64,000 nucleotides of DNA from Pseudobdellovibrionaceae bacterium (GTDB taxonomy: Bacteria; Bdellovibrionota; Bdellovibrionia; Bdellovibrionales; UBA1609), in contig JAUVAX010000007.1 of NCBI GenBank assembly GCA_030591685.1, positions 1 to 64,000 of the forward strand, written 5' to 3'. Under the pieces are notes generated by a model. The model was given only the letters and a program-made list of their open reading frames with translations. It was not told the DNA's origin and did not search any database. This document shows positions 26,894 to 37,703 of this stretch, piece after piece (position 1 is the first letter of the stretch; each line of letters starts with the position of its first letter). The position numbers and the translations under genes are program-made.

Positions 26894-27962
26894 ATATAAC
26901 AATCAATTACTTAACAGATTACAAACGTACCCTGTTGAGTTGGACCAAATCACTCAAGGGGTGCAAATTCAAGTGTACCTTCGGGGGCGTAAAAAAATCG
27001 ACCTTAATGTGGGCAAGACTTATAAGTATTATGACCTCGCCTCGCTGACAAAAATTATATTTACGACCTCCGCTTATATGTGGGCCTGTAAAAAGAGTCA
27101 GTTAAGTGTTGAGGACTTAGTGGTTCACTATCTACCTTGGTTTCCATTTAAGAACGCCAAAATAAAAGAGCTACTCAATCACACGGCTGGGTTTAAGGCC
27201 TGGGCCCCAATTTATAAAATGATCAGTGATAAAAATATTCATGGCGATAGCTGCCATAAATTAAAAGCCTTTTTGGCGAGCCAAAAAAAAAGACGCTCCC
27301 CAAAAGCATTGTATTCAGATTTAGATTTTTTAACTTTAGGGTTGCTCTTAGAAGAGGTTTTTAAAAAACCATTACTTCATATTTGGAGTGACATAGCTCC
27401 TATGTATGGCAAGAGGAGCACTCTTCATTTTTCGGCGAACAACAAGCCCTTATATTCAAAAAAAGATTATGCACCCACCGAAGCCTGCCCTTGGCGTAAG
27501 CAAGTTTTGAGGGGGCAAGTGCACGACGATAACACCTGGGCCCTTGGGGGAGTGCAAGCTCATGCCGGGTTGTTTGGCCGTATTGAAGATGTATCTCAAT
27601 GGGGGTTACTACTAAGAAGGGCATGGATAAAAAAAAGTAACTCACGAGCTTTTGACTCTAAAACTGTAACAAAGTTTTTAAAGCGATCTACGCCCAAAAA
27701 AAATGGTGATTGGGGCCTGGGGTTTATGTTGCCAACATCTGGGCATGCGAGTTGTGGTCAATATTTTTCATCCACGTCAGTTGGGCATACGGGTTTTACC
27801 GGGACCTCCCTTTGGTTAGACCCCAAAAAAGATTTACTTGTTACGGTACTAAGTAATCGTGTACACCCCACAAGAGAGAATCGAGAGTTTGTAAAATTTA
27901 GGCCTTTTATACATGACCAGGTCGTTGAAATATTAACCCAAAACGGGGAGTTTGTAGCGTGA
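26883..27962 (+). CDS. Beta-lactamase-fold serine hydrolase (AmiE/YbbE-like)
   Basis: DLASLTK (SxxK), YSDL, GQVHDDN, HAGLF, GHTGFTGTS. Confidence 0.88.
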   Translation: MSHKYNNQLLNRLQTYPVELDQITQGVQIQVYLRGRKKIDLNVGKTYKYYDLASLTKIIFTTSAYMWACKKSQLSVEDLVVHYLPWFPFKNAKIKELLNHTAGFKAWAPIYKMISDKNIHGDSCHKLKAFLASQKKRRSPKALYSDLDFLTLGLLLEEVFKKPLLHIWSDIAPMYGKRSTLHFSANNKPLYSKKDYAPTEACPWRKQVLRGQVHDDNTWALGGVQAHAGLFGRIEDVSQWGLLLRRAWIKKSNSRAFDSKTVTKFLKRSTPKKNGDWGLGFMLPTSGHASCGQYFSSTSVGHTGFTGTSLWLDPKKDLLVTVLSNRVHPTRENREFVKFRPFIHDQVVEILTQNGEFVA

Positions 27963-29368
27963 GTTTAAAGCCAGGGAGTCATATACATTTGATGGGTATT
28001 TGTGGGGTGGCTATGGGGTCTTTGGCTGGTATTTTAAAAAATATGGGTTTTAAGGTCACTGGTAGTGATCAAAATATTTACCCCCCTATGTCTACACAGC
28101 TTAAGGGTTTAGGTATTGAAATCATGCAAGGGTATAAAAAAGAAAACCTCACTCCACGGCCTGATTTAGTTGTTGTTGGTAATGTGATAAGTAAAAATTT
28201 TGAAGAGGCCGAAGAGCTGTTTAAATCAGACATCCCCTATACGAGTTTACCAAAAGCTGTGGGGGATTTTATTATTGAAGACAGAAACTCTATTGTGCTC
28301 ACGGGGACTCATGGTAAAACTACAATGACCTCAATGATGGCTTGGGTGAGCGAGGTCTGTAAAAAAAATGCGGGCTATTTAGTGGGGGGGATCCCAATAA
28401 ATTTTAACCAGTCTTTTAGGTCCCCGCAAAGTCCTTGGTTTATTATTGAGGGGGACGAGTACGACACCGCTTTTTTTGATAAAGTGCCTAAGTTTATTTA
28501 CTACAAGCCTAAGTATGTTGTTTTAAGCAGTATTGAGTTTGATCATGCTGATATTTATGACTCTGTTGATGAAATTAAAGAGTCCTTTAAGCGCCTTATT
28601 GAACTGATCCCTAAAGAAGGGGCCCTCGTTTGCCGTGCCGAGGACAAAAATATACAGTCACTTATAAAGTTTGCTAAGTGTAAGGTTGTGACTTACGGAT
28701 TTGAAAAGGCGGACTACTGTGCTTTTGATCGCCAAAATATTTCAGGGAGAAACCATTTTATTGTTAACTTTGAGGGCTCAAATATTGCGGATATAGCATT
28801 AAAGCAATTTGGCCCACATAATACGCTAAACTCATTGGCGGTGTACGCCTTGGCTCGTGAAATGGGTTGGCCCATGCACAAGGTGTTACAGGGGTTGGCG
28901 AGTTTTACGGGGGTAAAAAGAAGGCAAGAGGTCATAGGCGAGCCCCAAGGGATTACTTTAGTTGAAGACTTTGCCCATCACCCTACCGCCGTGAGTTTAA
29001 CGATTGATTGTATGCGTGAGGCCTATGGCAATGAGCGTAAGCTTTTTACAGTCTTTGAGCCCCGATCAGCCACCGCTCGAAGAAACATATTTTTTAATGA
29101 TTATATAGAGGCCTTTAAAAAAGCAGATGTGGTTATTTTACCAAAGGCCTTTGATCAGGGTAAAATTGACCCTTCCGAAAGGTTTGATTCGAAAGTCTTT
29201 ATAAAAGAGCTTAAAAAACAAGGGGTTGAGGCCTATTTTTTACCTGAAATCGATGAGATAATAGAGTTTATAAAACAAACAGCAAAACCTAAAGATGTTG
29301 TGTTACTTATGAGTAACGGTGCCTTTGGTGGGATTTATAAGAAGCTCATAAAGGCGTTAAAGCCTTAA
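27959..29368 (+). CDS. mpl: Murein peptide ligase (UDP-MurNAc:L-Ala-gamma-D-Glu-mDAP ligase)
   Basis: GICGVAMGSLA, YPPMS, GTHGKTT, EGDEYDTAFFDK, EFDHADIY, DFAHHPT, FEPRS, MSNG. Confidence 0.92.
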   Translation: MSLKPGSHIHLMGICGVAMGSLAGILKNMGFKVTGSDQNIYPPMSTQLKGLGIEIMQGYKKENLTPRPDLVVVGNVISKNFEEAEELFKSDIPYTSLPKAVGDFIIEDRNSIVLTGTHGKTTMTSMMAWVSEVCKKNAGYLVGGIPINFNQSFRSPQSPWFIIEGDEYDTAFFDKVPKFIYYKPKYVVLSSIEFDHADIYDSVDEIKESFKRLIELIPKEGALVCRAEDKNIQSLIKFAKCKVVTYGFEKADYCAFDRQNISGRNHFIVNFEGSNIADIALKQFGPHNTLNSLAVYALAREMGWPMHKVLQGLASFTGVKRRQEVIGEPQGITLVEDFAHHPTAVSLTIDCMREAYGNERKLFTVFEPRSATARRNIFFNDYIEAFKKADVVILPKAFDQGKIDPSERFDSKVFIKELKKQGVEAYFLPEIDEIIEFIKQTAKPKDVVLLMSNGAFGGIYKKLIKALKP

Positions 29369-29701
29369 TTCATTAAAGTGTAAAAAACGTCTAAATGCCC
29401 TTAAAATAGGCTTTTTTGAGCCCCCCTTTTTTTTAATTTAAGGTGTTCAGTTTCTACCTACAATACATTTGAAAAATGGGTGCGATTTCTATTAATGTTT
29501 ATAATTTAAGCCCTTTAATCCAAAAGCTCTGGGTGTTTTTAAGGAAGCGGCATAACTATATGTTATTTCAGGTGTTTTTGCGGCGACATATTTATTGCTT
29601 TTCGTGTCTTCAATTGAGCATCTCCTATTGAAAATCATATTAAAAAGAGTTAAAACTTCCCTGAAAAAGCTTAATACTTTTAAATAAGAGGATTCATAAA
29701 A

Positions 29702-31207
29702 ATGAACAATGCCCCATTTATTGAAAAATCCCTTGAGGGACACCTTGGTACGTTAAGTAAAGATGGCGCTTTAATGGTCAAAACAGGGGCAAGCACCGGC
29801 CGCTCAACAAAAGAGCGTTTTGTTGTAAGGCAGGCTGAAATTGAAGATGATATTGAGTGGGGAGATGTTAACCAACCCATAGCCCCTAGTTTTGCTAAAG
29901 AGTTTTTTGATCGTTTAGAGGCGCGGGTCGATGCAAACGATCCACTAGAAATGGATGGATACGTGGGGGCCTTTAAAGTAAAGGTTAAATCATCAAGCCC
30001 TTGGCATATTGCTTTTGCAAAAAATATGTTTCGAAAAGAAGTTGTAGAGTCCTTAAAGGGCCAAATCCCTGAAGACTTAGAGATTACAATTATACATGAC
30101 CCTTATGGTAAGGTTTCAGACTTAGGTTTAAATCATAAATATGAAAAAGCTATTATTTTAGACCCCCTAAAGTTAAAGGTGGGTATTATAGGCACCGCCT
30201 ATGCCGGAGAAATTAAAAAATCAGCGTTTACATTGTGTAATTTTTTAATGCCAAAATTTGGCGTGTTACCGATGCATTCAAGTGCCAATTGTTTAAAAAC
30301 AGGAGATAACTCGTCGGTACTTTTTGGTTTATCTGGTACAGGTAAAACAACTCTCTCAGCAGATCCAGAGCGGTTTTTAATTGGTGATGATGAGATCATT
30401 TGGTCTAAAAACGGGGTCTCTAATCTTGAGGGGGGCTGTTACGCTAAACTCATTAATTTAGATAAAAATAATGAGCCAGATATTTACAATGCGGCTAATA
30501 AGTTTGGTTCTATCCTTGAGAATGTCACTTTTAATTTAGAGGACCGAGAGGTTGATTTTTTTGACAATTCTTTAACAGAAAACACACGAGCCTCTTACTG
30601 TATAGAGGCCCTTGATAAAGTATTTGATCAAAAACAAGAGGCTCGGCCGCCTCAATCCATTGTATTTTTAACAGCGGATGCCTTTGGGGCTTTGCCCGCG
30701 ATTGCTAGGCTTGACGAGTGGCAAGCACAGTATCATTTTATTTCTGGCTATACGGCCAAGGTGGCTGGAACTGAAATCGGAGTCACTGAGCCTGAAGCGA
30801 CTTTTAGCTCCTGCTTTGGCGCCCCATTTATGCCTCGTCCGGCTTCAGTGTACGCGTCTCTTTTGGCTCGGCTCGCTAAAGAGTACAATGTCCCCGTATA
30901 TTTATTAAATACAGGCTGGACAGTTGGAGGTTACGCTAAAGGCGAGAGGTTCCCCATTAATGTGAGCCGAACCTTACTTACAGCTATACAAAATGGTGAA
31001 TTAGATAAAGTAAAAACAGTAAAACACCCCGTATTTGGTTTTGAAGTGCCCTTGGAGGTCCCTGGTGTTGACAGTCGATGGCTTGAAATACCTAATGGAG
31101 AGAGCGTACAAGCTCTTGCTGAAAAATTTAAACAAAACGCCCACAACAAAAAAGCCTCAATGACCGAAAGTATTATTGATCGCGGGGGCCCATTAACTAT
31201 TAATTAA
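29702..31207 (+). CDS. pckA: Phosphoenolpyruvate carboxykinase (ATP)
   Basis: YAGEIKK, MHSSAN, FGLSGTGKTTLS, IGDDE, EGGCYAK, TENTR. Confidence 0.96.
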   Translation: MNNAPFIEKSLEGHLGTLSKDGALMVKTGASTGRSTKERFVVRQAEIEDDIEWGDVNQPIAPSFAKEFFDRLEARVDANDPLEMDGYVGAFKVKVKSSSPWHIAFAKNMFRKEVVESLKGQIPEDLEITIIHDPYGKVSDLGLNHKYEKAIILDPLKLKVGIIGTAYAGEIKKSAFTLCNFLMPKFGVLPMHSSANCLKTGDNSSVLFGLSGTGKTTLSADPERFLIGDDEIIWSKNGVSNLEGGCYAKLINLDKNNEPDIYNAANKFGSILENVTFNLEDREVDFFDNSLTENTRASYCIEALDKVFDQKQEARPPQSIVFLTADAFGALPAIARLDEWQAQYHFISGYTAKVAGTEIGVTEPEATFSSCFGAPFMPRPASVYASLLARLAKEYNVPVYLLNTGWTVGGYAKGERFPINVSRTLLTAIQNGELDKVKTVKHPVFGFEVPLEVPGVDSRWLEIPNGESVQALAEKFKQNAHNKKASMTESIIDRGGPLTIN

Positions 31208-31434
31208 ATCCATAATTGAGAAACTTAAAAATAAAAAATGCCTGTACATTTTTTTTGCACTAATGACGTAACGCCTATTGTCGCGTGAGAATATTTCATG
31301 GTCTGAGCCTATGAGAGCATGTATTTATTTTAATTCAAAAAAATAGCCCTTAAAGATTGAAAATATTACTCATATTGATTAGGTTCATTTTAATAATTTC
31401 GTGGGGGAATTAAAATTCATATAGGGGGAAAGCA

Positions 31435-34062
31435 ATGAAAAATTTGCATCTAAGTATTGCCTTGTTGATGGCTCTTTTAACGGCCTGCTCATCAAAACCT
31501 AATGTAACACCAAAAAATGAAATTAAAAAATACTTTAAACTCTCTAGTATCAACCCAATAGGCGTAGAGCGGTCACAAATTCATATACATAAATCAGCAC
31601 TCGAAAAGGAGTTTTTGCTAAGAGCGTCTTTGATTCAACAAGACCAGTCACCAAGCTTTCACGGTTTAAAAAGTCGGGTGGTTTCGTTTCGACAAAAGGG
31701 CGATAAGGTTTACATGCTAGAGGCCACTCAGGGGCATGTTGTTTCTGAGGCTATCCCTGCTCAATTTTTAATTGCTGAATTTGATATTAAAGATCAAAGT
31801 GAAGAGGCGTTAACTATAGATTTTAACTTAGGCATGAGCCAGCTCTTCTTAGGTAGCTCATGGCATGGGCAAGATTATGAAGGCGGCAAGTACGTTAACG
31901 AATTTGCAACTATCAAGTCTAACCTTAGTTATATTTCAAAGGCCTACTTTGCAGACGAGCAAACTCTCGTAATTAATCAAGTGTTGCAACTTAATAATGC
32001 AGCCGCGTTAGAAAGTACATCAGGGTCTGTGCAAGTAAGGTATTTTTTATCTCCTTACATAAAAAATTCTAATTTTGTACCGGTGGTCTCAAAAAGCTTT
32101 GAACAGTTTGGTTTTTTTGAAGTTTCCCCTCAGTTTGAGCTCGGCGGGGTTACAAAAAGTTATGCCTCCAAGTTTGATCACAATAAAACAATATCATATG
32201 CTATTTCAGCAAACACACCGGCCGAATACAAACAGGCCGTAAAAGATGGTGTCCTATACTGGAACAAGGCTTTTGGTTCAGAGGTCATAAAGATTGTAGA
32301 GATCCCTGAAGCTATGTCTGCCCCTCAGGCCCATATAAATATAGTTCAATGGGTGCACTGGACAGAGGCTGGTTTTGCGTACGCTGATGCTCAAGGGGAC
32401 CCCCGAACGGGTGAAACTTTAAATGCGCAAGTTTATTTAACAAGTGTATTTGCAATTGGGTCAAAGATTCAGGCTCGTAGGTTATTGAAAAAAATAAACC
32501 CATTAAAAGCAAATGAGCCGAAGAATAAATATGGCTTAAAAAGTTTTGAGCCCTCTCATTTGTGTGAGTTTAAAAACACAAAACAATGGGAGCAAAAAAT
32601 ACAAAGTTTACTGGCTTCAGGAGTGAGCGATGAGCAGCTTTTAAAGTTATCTCAAGATCAAATCAGGCAGGTAACAGCCCATGAAGTCGGACATACGTTA
32701 GGTTTAAGACATAACTTTGCTGGTTCATTGGCATCTAATGTTTCAGCGCTTAACAAGAAAAGCGTATTTGAAAGTTATGTAAAAAAAGGTAAAACCCCTG
32801 AGGGAGTCGTTATTTCATCTACGATGATGGATTATTTAGGTGCAAGAGATGATTTTATGGTGGGAGATCAAGCCGTAACAAAAAAAACCGCCTTAAAGTA
32901 TGATGACCTTGTTATTAAAAATTTATACTTAGGTGTTGAAATAAATAAATCTGAGACTCCACTTTTTTGTACAGACTCTCATGTAGCCGCCTATGTAGAC
33001 TGCGAAAGGCATGATAGTGGTTCAAGTATTACAGACTATTCAAAGTTTGAGGTGTTTCGCAGGCTTGAGGTTCTGCCAGGCATGATTGTTAACTCGCTAA
33101 TATCCTCTAAGTTCGGCCTTCGAAAAGACCAAGTCACCCCTATTGAGGAGTCAACGTTTAATAATATACCTGGGTATGCGGCTTGGGCCTTAGGCCCAAG
33201 GCTTCAGTTACTCACAGCATTAGGTAATAAGCCCTTAAGTATTAAGGTGGAACGAACATACTCATATATAGATGAATCAAATATTGATAATGTTAAAACC
33301 CAGCGCTATGACGAATTACTCTCAGATATTAACAAGAGTGGAACTTTAATGAGTGTTCTACAACTCATCCCTGGTGATCTGTCTGAGGCTTGGTATAAAG
33401 CGCTTAAAAATAAAATGGATGCAGGTGAATACGACTCCGGCGTTACTGATTTTGGGGTTAATTATGAGCTAACAACTCACGATAAAGAGATTGTTTTAAG
33501 AAAGGCGAAAGCTTTATTTAATAAAATTAATGAGTACCTTTTAGATATGTCGTTACAAATGCTAATGGCGACAGGTCAGCTGCCGGACCATAAACTTTCA
33601 ACTGAGTTTGCTAGTTACTTGCAGGTGGCTCTAATGAACTATGTTTTTGCTGTTGAAGAAGACCGGGTAGTTAAGGGCTTTATGTATGAAAATATACCCA
33701 GTGGCACAGGGATGACATTAAATGCAGAAGAGTCTAGTGCTACAGCCATTGAGCTCCCCGTGTTTAAGTATAAATTTAAAACACGAATGCTAGCGGCTCA
33801 GTTGTTAAAACTCGGGCGTAGTGAGGCGCTTGAGTGGGGCTTTGTAGAGCGTATGTTGAATGTTGAAATAATGAAAGAGCTCCTTAAGCAATCTACGCCT
33901 GATTCAAGTAAGGATAAGGCTGCAGAAAAATCTGTTGATGATGAGGCCGCTCAAAAAGCCCAAGTAGAAAAGGACATCAAAGAGCTCCAACGGTTACTTT
34001 CACCAGAAGTTTTAAGATGGAATATTGAGAATAATATAATTTTATCAGTTCTTTCTAAATAA
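31435..34062 (+). CDS. Zinc-dependent metalloprotease lipoprotein (metzincin, EcxA-like)
   Basis: Lipobox LTAC; HEVGHTLGLRHNF zinc motif; Met-turn STMMDY; DPRTGE. Confidence 0.88.
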   Translation: MKNLHLSIALLMALLTACSSKPNVTPKNEIKKYFKLSSINPIGVERSQIHIHKSALEKEFLLRASLIQQDQSPSFHGLKSRVVSFRQKGDKVYMLEATQGHVVSEAIPAQFLIAEFDIKDQSEEALTIDFNLGMSQLFLGSSWHGQDYEGGKYVNEFATIKSNLSYISKAYFADEQTLVINQVLQLNNAAALESTSGSVQVRYFLSPYIKNSNFVPVVSKSFEQFGFFEVSPQFELGGVTKSYASKFDHNKTISYAISANTPAEYKQAVKDGVLYWNKAFGSEVIKIVEIPEAMSAPQAHINIVQWVHWTEAGFAYADAQGDPRTGETLNAQVYLTSVFAIGSKIQARRLLKKINPLKANEPKNKYGLKSFEPSHLCEFKNTKQWEQKIQSLLASGVSDEQLLKLSQDQIRQVTAHEVGHTLGLRHNFAGSLASNVSALNKKSVFESYVKKGKTPEGVVISSTMMDYLGARDDFMVGDQAVTKKTALKYDDLVIKNLYLGVEINKSETPLFCTDSHVAAYVDCERHDSGSSITDYSKFEVFRRLEVLPGMIVNSLISSKFGLRKDQVTPIEESTFNNIPGYAAWALGPRLQLLTALGNKPLSIKVERTYSYIDESNIDNVKTQRYDELLSDINKSGTLMSVLQLIPGDLSEAWYKALKNKMDAGEYDSGVTDFGVNYELTTHDKEIVLRKAKALFNKINEYLLDMSLQMLMATGQLPDHKLSTEFASYLQVALMNYVFAVEEDRVVKGFMYENIPSGTGMTLNAEESSATAIELPVFKYKFKTRMLAAQLLKLGRSEALEWGFVERMLNVEIMKELLKQSTPDSSKDKAAEKSVDDEAAQKAQVEKDIKELQRLLSPEVLRWNIENNIILSVLSK

Positions 34063-34088
34063 GTAAGATTATTATATTTAATAAAAAA

Positions 34089-35000
34089 TCAAGTAAGTAC
34101 ATAAATATAAGGGGCTAATGGGCCCCTTATGTTTTTATGGGTAAGTTTATTTTTATAGTTTGAGGTAGTTTTAAATTCATCAGGCTTTGAAATTTGTTCG
34201 TTATTTAAGTAGAGACTGTGCTCTAGCTGACCATCACTGCTGAGGGAGTAGAATTCTTTAATCGTGTAAGTTTTTTGGTTTAATTTTAAATCCCAATAGA
34301 GAGTGGCTTGAAGGGCTGTTGTTTCCCCAAAAGCCCACCAGTAACGGATATTGGATTTATAATCAACAGCGACCTCTGTAAAATTAGAGTCATAGATAAG
34401 CCCATAGACACGTTCGTTAATAGATGAGTTGCCTGAGTTGTGTGTAGTAAAAATCGTAATTTTTGTAGCTCGACCTGAAAAATTTATTTCATTTAAAAGA
34501 GTTTTTGGTAAAGAGTTGGGATGAGTGATTTTGAGGTTCACCTGCATAGGAACAGTGTGAATGACTCGGTGTTTGAAATTGTTAGTCGTAGGGTTGATGG
34601 TTTGGGTAAATTTAAGTGGGCAATTTTTAGGGCCTGAGATAGGGTTTGTGATTAAAAACGATTTATTATACAGAACCCTTTGGATAAGCTTGGGTGATGG
34701 GTGTGATTGTATGCGGCAGTTCTCTTTGATGAAGTTAATCGTATCATCTTTAACACTTGGGTTAATAAACAGTGGCTCAAGAAAGTTTTCTCCAATTAAC
34801 GATGTTAATTTGTGTGTGTACTTTAAACTAAAATAGATGCTAATAATTTTATTTTTCTCGACCTCGGTGATGGGCTTTGTGCTTGGGTCGTTAGGAGTTT
34901 GAGGGAGCGGGGGCTGTAAACGCTCTTCCGGCGCACAGGCGACAATATAAAATGTTAATAGAGGTAATAAGCATAGTTTTTTAATCTGACGGATGTTCAC
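34089..35000 (-). CDS. Hypothetical lipoprotein
   Basis: Lipobox IVAC followed by Pro-rich tether; 303 aa ORF; no recognisable domain. Confidence 0.65.
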   Translation of the reverse strand: MNIRQIKKLCLLPLLTFYIVACAPEERLQPPLPQTPNDPSTKPITEVEKNKIISIYFSLKYTHKLTSLIGENFLEPLFINPSVKDDTINFIKENCRIQSHPSPKLIQRVLYNKSFLITNPISGPKNCPLKFTQTINPTTNNFKHRVIHTVPMQVNLKITHPNSLPKTLLNEINFSGRATKITIFTTHNSGNSSINERVYGLIYDSNFTEVAVDYKSNIRYWWAFGETTALQATLYWDLKLNQKTYTIKEFYSLSSDGQLEHSLYLNNEQISKPDEFKTTSNYKNKLTHKNIRGPLAPYIYVLT

Positions 35001-35219
35001 TCTCTATCCCCTTATGGAGCCATTTTTTATCAACTCTCGCCCCTTAAGAGCAAGCTAAAACAGTTCAAATCTATTTACGTTGAGCTCTGTTAAAGAGCGT
35101 TGCATTATTAAGCATTGCGTTATGTAATTTTGAGCCTCTATCTGCTCGAACAGTTACTCGTTGCTAATAACTGTAAAGTGACCTAATTTTAGCTTTTAAA
35201 TTTGTAAAGGGGCTCTCCT

Positions 35220-37703
35220 ATGTCAGATAAAAAGCTGACTCCATTGATGAGGCAGTATTGGGATATAAAAAATAATCATCTAGATAAGGTTTTACTTTTT
35301 AGAATGGGTGATTTTTTTGAAATGTTTCATGAGGACGCAATTATTGCGGCCCCTATCTTAGGAATCGCATTAACAAAGAGAAATAAAAAATCAAAAGATG
35401 ACACCCCTATGTGTGGTGTTCCCCATCATAGTATTGCAGGTAAAATAGCAATGCTCTTAAGTGCTGGGCATAAAGTGGCTATTTGTGACCAAATTGAGGA
35501 CCCGGCTCTGGCTCAAGGCCTTGTCAAAAGAGCCGTAACAAGAATTTTAAGCCCAGGTATGGTTTATGACCCTGAAACACTTGATGAGCAGTCAGCCAAC
35601 TACATTTGCAGTTTTGATAACAACAGCATTGGTTTTTTAGACACTTCAACGGGAGTTGGATTTTATTATAAAATAGAGGGTTTCGCCCAAGCTTATGAGC
35701 TTATAAATATTTTAAACCCTGTTGAGCTAGTAGTGACACCTGAAGTGAGAAAAAGCATACAAAAAGAGTCGTTAAAGCTTCACTTAACAACTCATTCGCT
35801 CACTCAATGTAATTTACCCAGTAAAGATTTACCAAAAGCTATGGTGTGCCTTTTAGATTACGCCGTTTTCATGCAAGGGGCAGGCGTATTAACCACCCTG
35901 CGCCCCGTAGAAAAAAGGGTTTTATCTACAGGCATGCAAGTGTCAGCGACAGTACTTAGGCACCTAGAGGTCTTTCAAACCTATAAAGGTGAAACTAGGG
36001 GTAGCCTTTTTTTTGCGATTAATAGAACAAAAACTTCGGCAGGGGCTCGGTTATTAAAAAATTATTTGAGTTTTCCGTTTTCTGACGAGCCAGAAATTTC
36101 TAAGCGATTAGATCAAGTTGAGTATTGGGTTAATAGTTCGGCTCGATTAAAAGTGTTTCGCAGGATGCTTTCTAATATTGGTGATATTGAGAGGCGCCTG
36201 AGTAAAATCACCTCATCTAATTGTCATGCTAAAGATCTTCTTTCATTAGGAGAGTCCTTAGAGGCGGGGCTGTCGGCCACAGAATTTTATAAGCCCAAGT
36301 TCTTAAAAGAAGAGGGCCTCCTCGGTGTTCAAAGTGTCATCGAAAGTATTCAGAGAACAATTGACCTTGAGGCCCCCATCAATTTTAAATCCGGAGGGAT
36401 TATAAATAAAGGGTTCATGCCCGCTTTAGATGAACTTATAGAACTTTCTGAAAATAGTAAGACATTATTAATACAAATGGAGCAGGACGAGCGTGAAAAG
36501 ACATCCATACCGAGTTTGAAAATAAAGTATAATAATGTGTTTGGTTATTTTATTGAAGTCACTAATATTCATAAGCACAAAGTGCCGGATAATTATAAAA
36601 GAAAGCAAACCCTCAGTAATGCTGAGAGGTATATCACTCAAGAGTTGCACGAGTTAGAAGGAAAGGTACTCTCCGCAAAGTCTAAACGTATAGAACTTGA
36701 GTTAGAGCTTTTTAATGATTTGAAAACGCAAGTATTAAAATCAACTCAAAGCCTATTGAGTGCGGCCAGACTTTGGAGTGATTGGGATGTGTTTTCAAGC
36801 CTGGCATGGTTGTCGATTGAATATAATTATTGCCGCCCTGAGTTTTCAATAAATGGGGACTTGAAGATATCGTCTTCCAGGCATCCTGTTGTTGAGCAAG
36901 AGGTTCGTCGACCTTTTGTCCCAAATGACATTGAAATAAAAAAAGGGCAATGCCTGCTATTAACAGGCCCTAATATGGCTGGTAAATCAACAATTATGAG
37001 GCAGGTAGCCGTTACAGCGCTGTTAGCGCAAATGGGAAGCTTTGTGCCCGCCAGACATGCTGAACTCCCGGTGTTTGATAAATTATTTACTCGTATTGGG
37101 GCTAGTGATTTTTTAAACGAAGGCCTCTCTACCTTTATGGTTGAAATGCAAGAGGCTGCGCATATGGTTAAGCAGTCCACGTCTTCGTCACTATTAGTAT
37201 TAGATGAGATTGGTAGAGGTACAAGTACTTACGATGGGATGAGTTTGGCGCAGTCACTTTTAGAGTACTTAATTTCAAAAAAAGGGTGCATGACTTTTTT
37301 TGCAACTCACTATCATGAACTTACAAGTTTAGAGGCGCGGTTTTCACAAATTAAAAATGCTCATATGACCATCAAAGAGAATAAGGGAGACCTTTTATTT
37401 CTTCACACTCTTGAACCCGGGCCAGCGAATAAGTCTTATGGGGTTCAGGTTGCTCGATTGGCGGGGTTACCTTTAGAGATCACAAAAAGAGCTCAAAATT
37501 TACAAACAACTAGGGAGGCCTTTGATTCGCCTGCGTCAGGTCAGATGACCCTCATGGGGGCCACGTTAGGGACTAGTGAAGACTCAGTACTAGAGCCTGA
37601 GAGTGAAGAGTTATTAGAGCAAATCAAGTCCACCTCCATTCAAAGCATAACGCCTATTGAGGCTTTAAATAAGATAGCGGCATGGCAACAAAAACTTATT
37701 TAA
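35220..37703 (+). CDS. mutS: DNA mismatch repair protein MutS
   Basis: FRMGDFFEMF, TGPNMAGKST, STFMVEM, DEIGRGTSTYDG, ATHYHEL. Confidence 0.98.
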   Translation: MSDKKLTPLMRQYWDIKNNHLDKVLLFRMGDFFEMFHEDAIIAAPILGIALTKRNKKSKDDTPMCGVPHHSIAGKIAMLLSAGHKVAICDQIEDPALAQGLVKRAVTRILSPGMVYDPETLDEQSANYICSFDNNSIGFLDTSTGVGFYYKIEGFAQAYELINILNPVELVVTPEVRKSIQKESLKLHLTTHSLTQCNLPSKDLPKAMVCLLDYAVFMQGAGVLTTLRPVEKRVLSTGMQVSATVLRHLEVFQTYKGETRGSLFFAINRTKTSAGARLLKNYLSFPFSDEPEISKRLDQVEYWVNSSARLKVFRRMLSNIGDIERRLSKITSSNCHAKDLLSLGESLEAGLSATEFYKPKFLKEEGLLGVQSVIESIQRTIDLEAPINFKSGGIINKGFMPALDELIELSENSKTLLIQMEQDEREKTSIPSLKIKYNNVFGYFIEVTNIHKHKVPDNYKRKQTLSNAERYITQELHELEGKVLSAKSKRIELELELFNDLKTQVLKSTQSLLSAARLWSDWDVFSSLAWLSIEYNYCRPEFSINGDLKISSSRHPVVEQEVRRPFVPNDIEIKKGQCLLLTGPNMAGKSTIMRQVAVTALLAQMGSFVPARHAELPVFDKLFTRIGASDFLNEGLSTFMVEMQEAAHMVKQSTSSSLLVLDEIGRGTSTYDGMSLAQSLLEYLISKKGCMTFFATHYHELTSLEARFSQIKNAHMTIKENKGDLLFLHTLEPGPANKSYGVQVARLAGLPLEITKRAQNLQTTREAFDSPASGQMTLMGATLGTSEDSVLEPESEELLEQIKSTSIQSITPIEALNKIAAWQQKLI

